Of a DNA stretch of 64,000 bases, positions 59,956-64,000 are shown in pieces. Each line of letters opens with the position of its first letter. Within the stretch, counting starts at the first letter, position 1. The DNA is from an uncultured Acidimicrobiia bacterium. Its GTDB lineage: Bacteria; Actinomycetota; Acidimicrobiia; Acidimicrobiales; AC-14. Location: NCBI GenBank assembly GCA_963836205.1, contig CAWIIV010000020.1, positions 1 to 64,000 of the forward strand, read 5' to 3'. A program made the translations under genes and the position numbers. The notes beneath the pieces are model-generated. The model was not told the DNA's origin, ran no database searches, and worked only from the letters and a program-made list of their open reading frames with translations.

Positions 59956-61530
59956 TCAGTCGACCAGGGCGGCGATGTTGGGTGGCACCACGGGGCGGGG
60001 GACGGGCGGGGGCGGGCAGTCGCGCACCACGTGCGACCACAGGTGGACCTTGGCCGGCACCGCGAAGGGGGCGTGGAGGTTGGCCACCAGGCACTCCCCC
60101 GGCATGAGCGTCTGGATCTCGGGCCCGAGGGCGGAGATGTCCTGCTTCGACGACGAGCGCAGGATGGTGCGGTCCTTCTCGTCGGCCAGGCCCAGGATGA
60201 AGAAGGTGTTGAACTGGCTCAGCAGCTCGCCGTCGAGGAGCTTGGGTTGCTGGGTGACGGCGCACAGCCCGACCTTGAACTTGCGCCCCTCCCGGGCCAC
60301 CCGGGGAAAGACGTTGGACTCCTTGTCCTTGTTGGCCGACAACACCCGCTGCGCCTCCTCCAGGACGATGGCCACCACCGGCAGCCGCTCGTGGACCTCG
60401 GGGTGGTCGAGGTAGGCGGCCGACCATTCGTCGAGCACCTTGCGGGCGAGGAACGAGGCGACCAGCACCTCCTCGGTGGACCCCAGGCCGCTCACGTCGA
60501 CCAGCACCACCTTGCCCTCACGCAGGTCGCGCAGCACCGCCGAGCCGACCGACACGTGAGCGTCGGCCGCGACGCACGGCAGCTCCACGATGCGCCGGGC
60601 CCGCCGGTGCACCACCTGCAGGGTGTTGAGGGCGACCCGCGAGTTCAGCTCCACGTCGCGGAATCCGGGGAGGTCCTCCACCGCCGAGAACTCGAGCATC
60701 CACGAGAGTCCCTCGCCGCCCGATCGGGAGTAGTGGCGCTCGAGCTCGAACAGGGCCTCCTCCTGGGGGCGGCTCCAGTCGTAGGCGGTGCGCAGGTCGT
60801 CGACGGTGAGCTCGCCCAGCCCCACCCGCAGGGTGGACGTGTTGGGCAGGCTGCGGGCGGCGTAGGTGCGCAGCCGCTCCCCCGCCCACGGGTGGCGGGC
60901 CAGCTGTGTGCGGTACTCGCCGTGGGGGTCGACCAGGAGCAGCCCGTATCGGCCCTGGGCCCGCATGACCCCGCCCGCCAGCACCATCATCAGGTTGGAC
61001 TTCCCCATGCCCGTAGTGGCGAAGATGCCGACGTGGGTGGCCAGGCTGTCGCCGGGGATGCCGACCTCGAAGTCGACGACGGTCTCGCCACTGCGCAGGT
61101 TGCCGACGGGCAGGTCGCCCATGCGGGTGCGGAGGAAGGCGAAGTCGGCCGGCTCCGGCGCCACCACCCTGGAGAACTGGGTGGGCAGGCTCTTGGGCTT
61201 GCGGAACTCGAGCCCGTCCGGGGTGAGGTAGCCCAGGCAGCGGCAGGTGGCGACGCGGTAGGTGCGGCGGGACTGCTCGTAGAGGCGATGGGCACCGTCG
61301 TCGCCCCGGTCGTCGTCGGCCAGGAGGGTGCCTGCCACCCGCTCGGCCCATCCCGGCTCCCGGTGCTCGCTGCCGTAGGTGACGTCGACGATGCGAAAGA
61401 GGTAGCGCCGCCCGGTGGCCTCGTCGACCGCCACCAGCAGCTCGCCCAGGAACAGGTCTTCGTCGGGCCCGGCCCGGAACACGCCCTCCAACACGTTCTT
61501 GCCGAACAGCCGGCCCCGTGAGTCACCCAT
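59956..61530 (-). CDS. herA: HerA helicase/translocase (HAS barrel + FtsK/HerA ATPase)
   Basis: HVGIFATTGMGKS, DPHGEY, LEEAQR, REGRKF, TQQP, LSQFNT. Confidence 0.92.
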   Translation of the reverse strand: MGDSRGRLFGKNVLEGVFRAGPDEDLFLGELLVAVDEATGRRYLFRIVDVTYGSEHREPGWAERVAGTLLADDDRGDDGAHRLYEQSRRTYRVATCRCLGYLTPDGLEFRKPKSLPTQFSRVVAPEPADFAFLRTRMGDLPVGNLRSGETVVDFEVGIPGDSLATHVGIFATTGMGKSNLMMVLAGGVMRAQGRYGLLLVDPHGEYRTQLARHPWAGERLRTYAARSLPNTSTLRVGLGELTVDDLRTAYDWSRPQEEALFELERHYSRSGGEGLSWMLEFSAVEDLPGFRDVELNSRVALNTLQVVHRRARRIVELPCVAADAHVSVGSAVLRDLREGKVVLVDVSGLGSTEEVLVASFLARKVLDEWSAAYLDHPEVHERLPVVAIVLEEAQRVLSANKDKESNVFPRVAREGRKFKVGLCAVTQQPKLLDGELLSQFNTFFILGLADEKDRTILRSSSKQDISALGPEIQTLMPGECLVANLHAPFAVPAKVHLWSHVVRDCPPPPVPRPVVPPNIAALVD

Positions 61531-62502
61531 CTAGAACCGCTCCATGAGCCCGTGGCGGTCGGCGAAGGCCCGCTCCCGGACGTCGTGGGGCACGCCCACC
61601 CGGTCGAAGTGGCCCTCGACCTCGAGCCACGCCTCCTCCCGCAGCCAGCCCGGGCAGGCGGCCAGCCGGTCGGCGACGGTGAGCGGGTAGGGGTAGCCGG
61701 GAAAGGCGGCGTCGTCGGACAGGCCGGCGAGGGCGGACAGGACCGGCTCGGCGTCGACGTCGCCGGGCAGATCGACCCGGAAGGCGAAGCGGGCGTCGGG
61801 GTCGAGGCGCGCCGCCACCACCTGGATGCCGGCGTCGACGTCGGGCCGGGTGCGGGCGACCGGAGTCCACCACATGGCACGTGTACCGAGGAGGACTTCC
61901 GCCTCCAGCTCGAGCTGGCCCAGCAACGGCGCCCCACCCCGGGCCAACGACGATCGCTTGGTGACGCCCGCCAACGTGACCCCCGCGGCCCCGGCCCGTT
62001 CCAACAGCCCCTTGAGCCACGCCGACGGGATGCGCCAGTCGGGCACCAGGTCGCCGTCGACCAGCACCACCGCGCCCCGCTCGGCCTCGGCGATGCACTG
62101 CTCGACGGCCACCCACTCCTCGCGGTCGCGGAGGAGGTTGAGGTCGATCTTGGCGTCGAGGCGGATGTCGAGGCCGAGGTCGGCCGCCACCGCCCGCTCC
62201 TCGCCACAGCCGACCAGCCGGGCCTGGAGCTCGCCCTCGTACTCCACGCACTCCCCGTCGCGGAACCGCACCCGGGCGGCCCGGGTGACCACCAGCTGCA
62301 GGCAGCGGGCGTCGGCCACAAGGGCCTGGCCGCCGTCGACGGCCCACACCTCGTCGGGCGCCGCGGCCCGGGCGAGGGGCCGGGGCTCGATGTCGTAGGA
62401 GAAGGCGAGGTCGGTGCCGGTGGGGTCGCTCAGGACGCTCCCGCCACCGGTGAGCAGGACCGCCAGGCGCTCGGCGGCGACGGCCAGGGTTGCAGAGGAC
62501 AT
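61531..62502 (-). CDS. nurA: NurA nuclease (RNase H-like)
   Basis: AVDGG, LVDGDL, GVTKRS, GYPYPL; stop abuts herA ATG. Confidence 0.88.
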   Translation of the reverse strand: MSSATLAVAAERLAVLLTGGGSVLSDPTGTDLAFSYDIEPRPLARAAAPDEVWAVDGGQALVADARCLQLVVTRAARVRFRDGECVEYEGELQARLVGCGEERAVAADLGLDIRLDAKIDLNLLRDREEWVAVEQCIAEAERGAVVLVDGDLVPDWRIPSAWLKGLLERAGAAGVTLAGVTKRSSLARGGAPLLGQLELEAEVLLGTRAMWWTPVARTRPDVDAGIQVVAARLDPDARFAFRVDLPGDVDAEPVLSALAGLSDDAAFPGYPYPLTVADRLAACPGWLREEAWLEVEGHFDRVGVPHDVRERAFADRHGLMERF

Positions 62503-62510
62503 CGCCCACC

Positions 62511-62532
62511 AGCCTGCCAAGCCGGTGCGACA
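62511..62532 (-). promoter_or_regulatory. RecA-NDp/PafBC-like promoter TGTCGC-N10-CAGGCT
   Basis: Matches TGTCGG-N10-TAnnnT spacing with 2 mismatches, 8 nt before the nurA ATG. Confidence 0.55.
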
Positions 62533-62533
62533 G

Positions 62534-62547
62534 TTACAAGCTTGTAA
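62534..62547. promoter_or_regulatory. Perfect palindrome TTACAAGCTTGTAA, candidate operator
   Basis: AT-rich 14-bp palindrome; related copy TTACAAGCACGTAG at 62988-63001. Confidence 0.55.
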
Positions 62548-62561
62548 GTCCAGGCCCATCG

Positions 62562-62609
62562 AACCGGTGACAGATTGCGGGGTCCTGACCCCCAAAAACG
62601 TCACCGGTT
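62562..62609. repeat. Hairpin/REP-like element related to the 59834 repeats; possible tfoX terminator
   Basis: AACCGGTGAC...GTCACCGGTT arms with inner GGGGTC/GACCCC. Confidence 0.65.
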
Positions 62610-62611
62610 GA

Positions 62612-62974
62612 CTACTTCTTCCCCTTCTTCACCTTCGGCGGCAGAGCACCGATCAGCGCCAACGACGTGGCGATCCACGGCTCGGCCTCGGCCGGTGTCG
62701 CCCGCCAGGCCGACGGCAGGGTGACGTAGCCGCCCATGGGACGCTCCTCCGGCCCGAACGGTCCCCCGCCGTGCTCGGTCGTCAGCCGCTCCCGATCACC
62801 CTCGTCCAGCTTCACGCCCACGTCGGCGCCGAACAGGCCCATGAACATGTTCCCGTTCACGAACGCGCCCAGCTGGCCGAACATGGGCTTGACCTCGACG
62901 CGGGGATCGTCAGGAACCAGCGAGCGGAAGAACTCCTTGTCGTCCTCAGTCGGCTTGGGCATCTCCATTCCCAC
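62612..62974 (-). CDS. TfoX/Sxy N-terminal domain protein
   Basis: KPMFGQLGAFVNGNMF, F.P..RPMGGYV.LP, W...S...LPPK. Confidence 0.88.
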   Translation of the reverse strand: MGMEMPKPTEDDKEFFRSLVPDDPRVEVKPMFGQLGAFVNGNMFMGLFGADVGVKLDEGDRERLTTEHGGGPFGPEERPMGGYVTLPSAWRATPAEAEPWIATSLALIGALPPKVKKGKK

Positions 62975-63020
62975 ATCGTGGCGCGAATTACAAGCACGTA
63001 GCCCGTAGGATCGCCGGGAG

Positions 63021-63992
63021 ATGCCCGAAACCCTCGAGCTTCCGCCCCGGCTCGACCTCCCCCTCTTCGCCTACGGACTGCTCAAGCCCGATCAGCCGGC
63101 CTACGGCGGTGTGGTCGCGCCGGTCGTGGCCGTCGCCTCGCCCGCCCGTCTCGACGGCGGCGGCCTGCGCTACCGCGACGGGTTGCCCGTCCTCGACCCC
63201 GAGGGCACGGCCGGCGTCGAGGGTGCCGTCCTCCGCTTCGCCCATGGCGAGGAGCGGGCCGCCTACGACGCCGTCTGCGGCTTCGAGCCCCGCCACCAGT
63301 ACCGGTGGTACATCACCGACGCCCGGGTGGGCGACGACAGGTCGGTGCGGGTCAACGTCCTCCAGGGTCGCCACCCGGAGCGGGGCGTGGCCGACGAGTG
63401 GTTCACGTCGTGGTCGGCCGACGCCGATCCCCTCCTCCGCTTCGGGCTCCACGCCGTCCGCCGGGCCGCGCTCGACCACGCGGTCACCGCCTTCCCCGCG
63501 CTGCCCGGCGACAGCGCTGCGCTCTGGAACCGCTTCTACGGGCTGCAGTCCTCCTACCTGCTCCTTTGGGCGGCGGTCGAGCGCTACGCCGCCATCGCCT
63601 GCTCCCCCGGCGACGAGCCCCTCACCCGGGTCTTCCGGCTGGGCGACGACCCGTCGTTCAAGGAAGCCGTGGTCGCGGCCGGAGTCGCCCCCCTGCCCAA
63701 GACCGCCGATGCCCGCGACCCGGGCCGGTCACGGCGCATCCGGGAGGACGGCACCGGCGCCATGTACGCCTGGGAGTCGGTGCGGGCCACGCTCGGGCAC
63801 CCCGGCCGCACCGCGTTCGTCGAGGGGACGCTGCTGCGGCGATCGCTGGTGGAGCTGCACGACACCCTCCGCCTCCTGCTCCTGACCCGCCTGCCGGGCG
63901 TGGCCGACACCTGGCGCGACGTCGACCCCGACGGTGCGGTCCACCAGTGGCTGCTCCGGCCGGTGGTGTCGCCGGACGGCCTGAGCCCGTGA
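63021..63992 (+). CDS. Gamma-glutamylcyclotransferase-like domain fused to a putative HEPN-like helical domain
   Basis: LFAYGLLKP (GGCT/AIG2 motif); C-terminal YLLLWAAVERY and RATLGH (RxxxxH). Confidence 0.65.
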   Translation: MPETLELPPRLDLPLFAYGLLKPDQPAYGGVVAPVVAVASPARLDGGGLRYRDGLPVLDPEGTAGVEGAVLRFAHGEERAAYDAVCGFEPRHQYRWYITDARVGDDRSVRVNVLQGRHPERGVADEWFTSWSADADPLLRFGLHAVRRAALDHAVTAFPALPGDSAALWNRFYGLQSSYLLLWAAVERYAAIACSPGDEPLTRVFRLGDDPSFKEAVVAAGVAPLPKTADARDPGRSRRIREDGTGAMYAWESVRATLGHPGRTAFVEGTLLRRSLVELHDTLRLLLLTRLPGVADTWRDVDPDGAVHQWLLRPVVSPDGLSP

Positions 63993-64000
63993 GTCGGGGG

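Overview
High-GC actinobacterial window; gene content is consistent with Acidimicrobiia (inference). From left to right: (1) a nickel/cobalt-type uptake region (1-12.7 kb) with an MFS, three lipoprotein SBPs, two FecCD/ATPase pairs, tandem Nur-like Fur regulators, a methyltransferase and an orphan hypB. It ends at the 5' half of tRNA-Arg(CCT), cut at the anticodon loop (att-like). (2) UvrA2/DrrC, VOC proteins, an ABC-2 exporter, Rieske oxygenase, dipeptidase, PRTase, AKR and a PGM1-like ATP-grasp ligase. (3) A carotenoid/isoprenoid cluster (dxs, crtYc/Yd, GT2, crtB, crtI, crtE) with unusual coupled genes: a Rieske-chagasin-like fusion, two paralogous exported beta-proteins, and PAP2 and LPG-synthase-TM proteins. 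(4) tldD/tldE, uppP, a DUF222-HNH gene with an SOS box, an ISL3 inside a DHFR-like gene (8-bp TSD), an armless HU-like protein, nagD, a PBP and a repeat-rich secreted protein. (5) The top finding: a complete archaeal-style nurA-herA-mre11(sbcD)-rad50(sbcC) operon. It has a PafBC/RecA-NDp-like promoter, and its palindromic operator recurs in the divergent tfoX / GGCT-HEPN-like promoter region. Many single-base frameshifts look like assembly errors. All assignments come from reading motifs by eye; no database searches were run.
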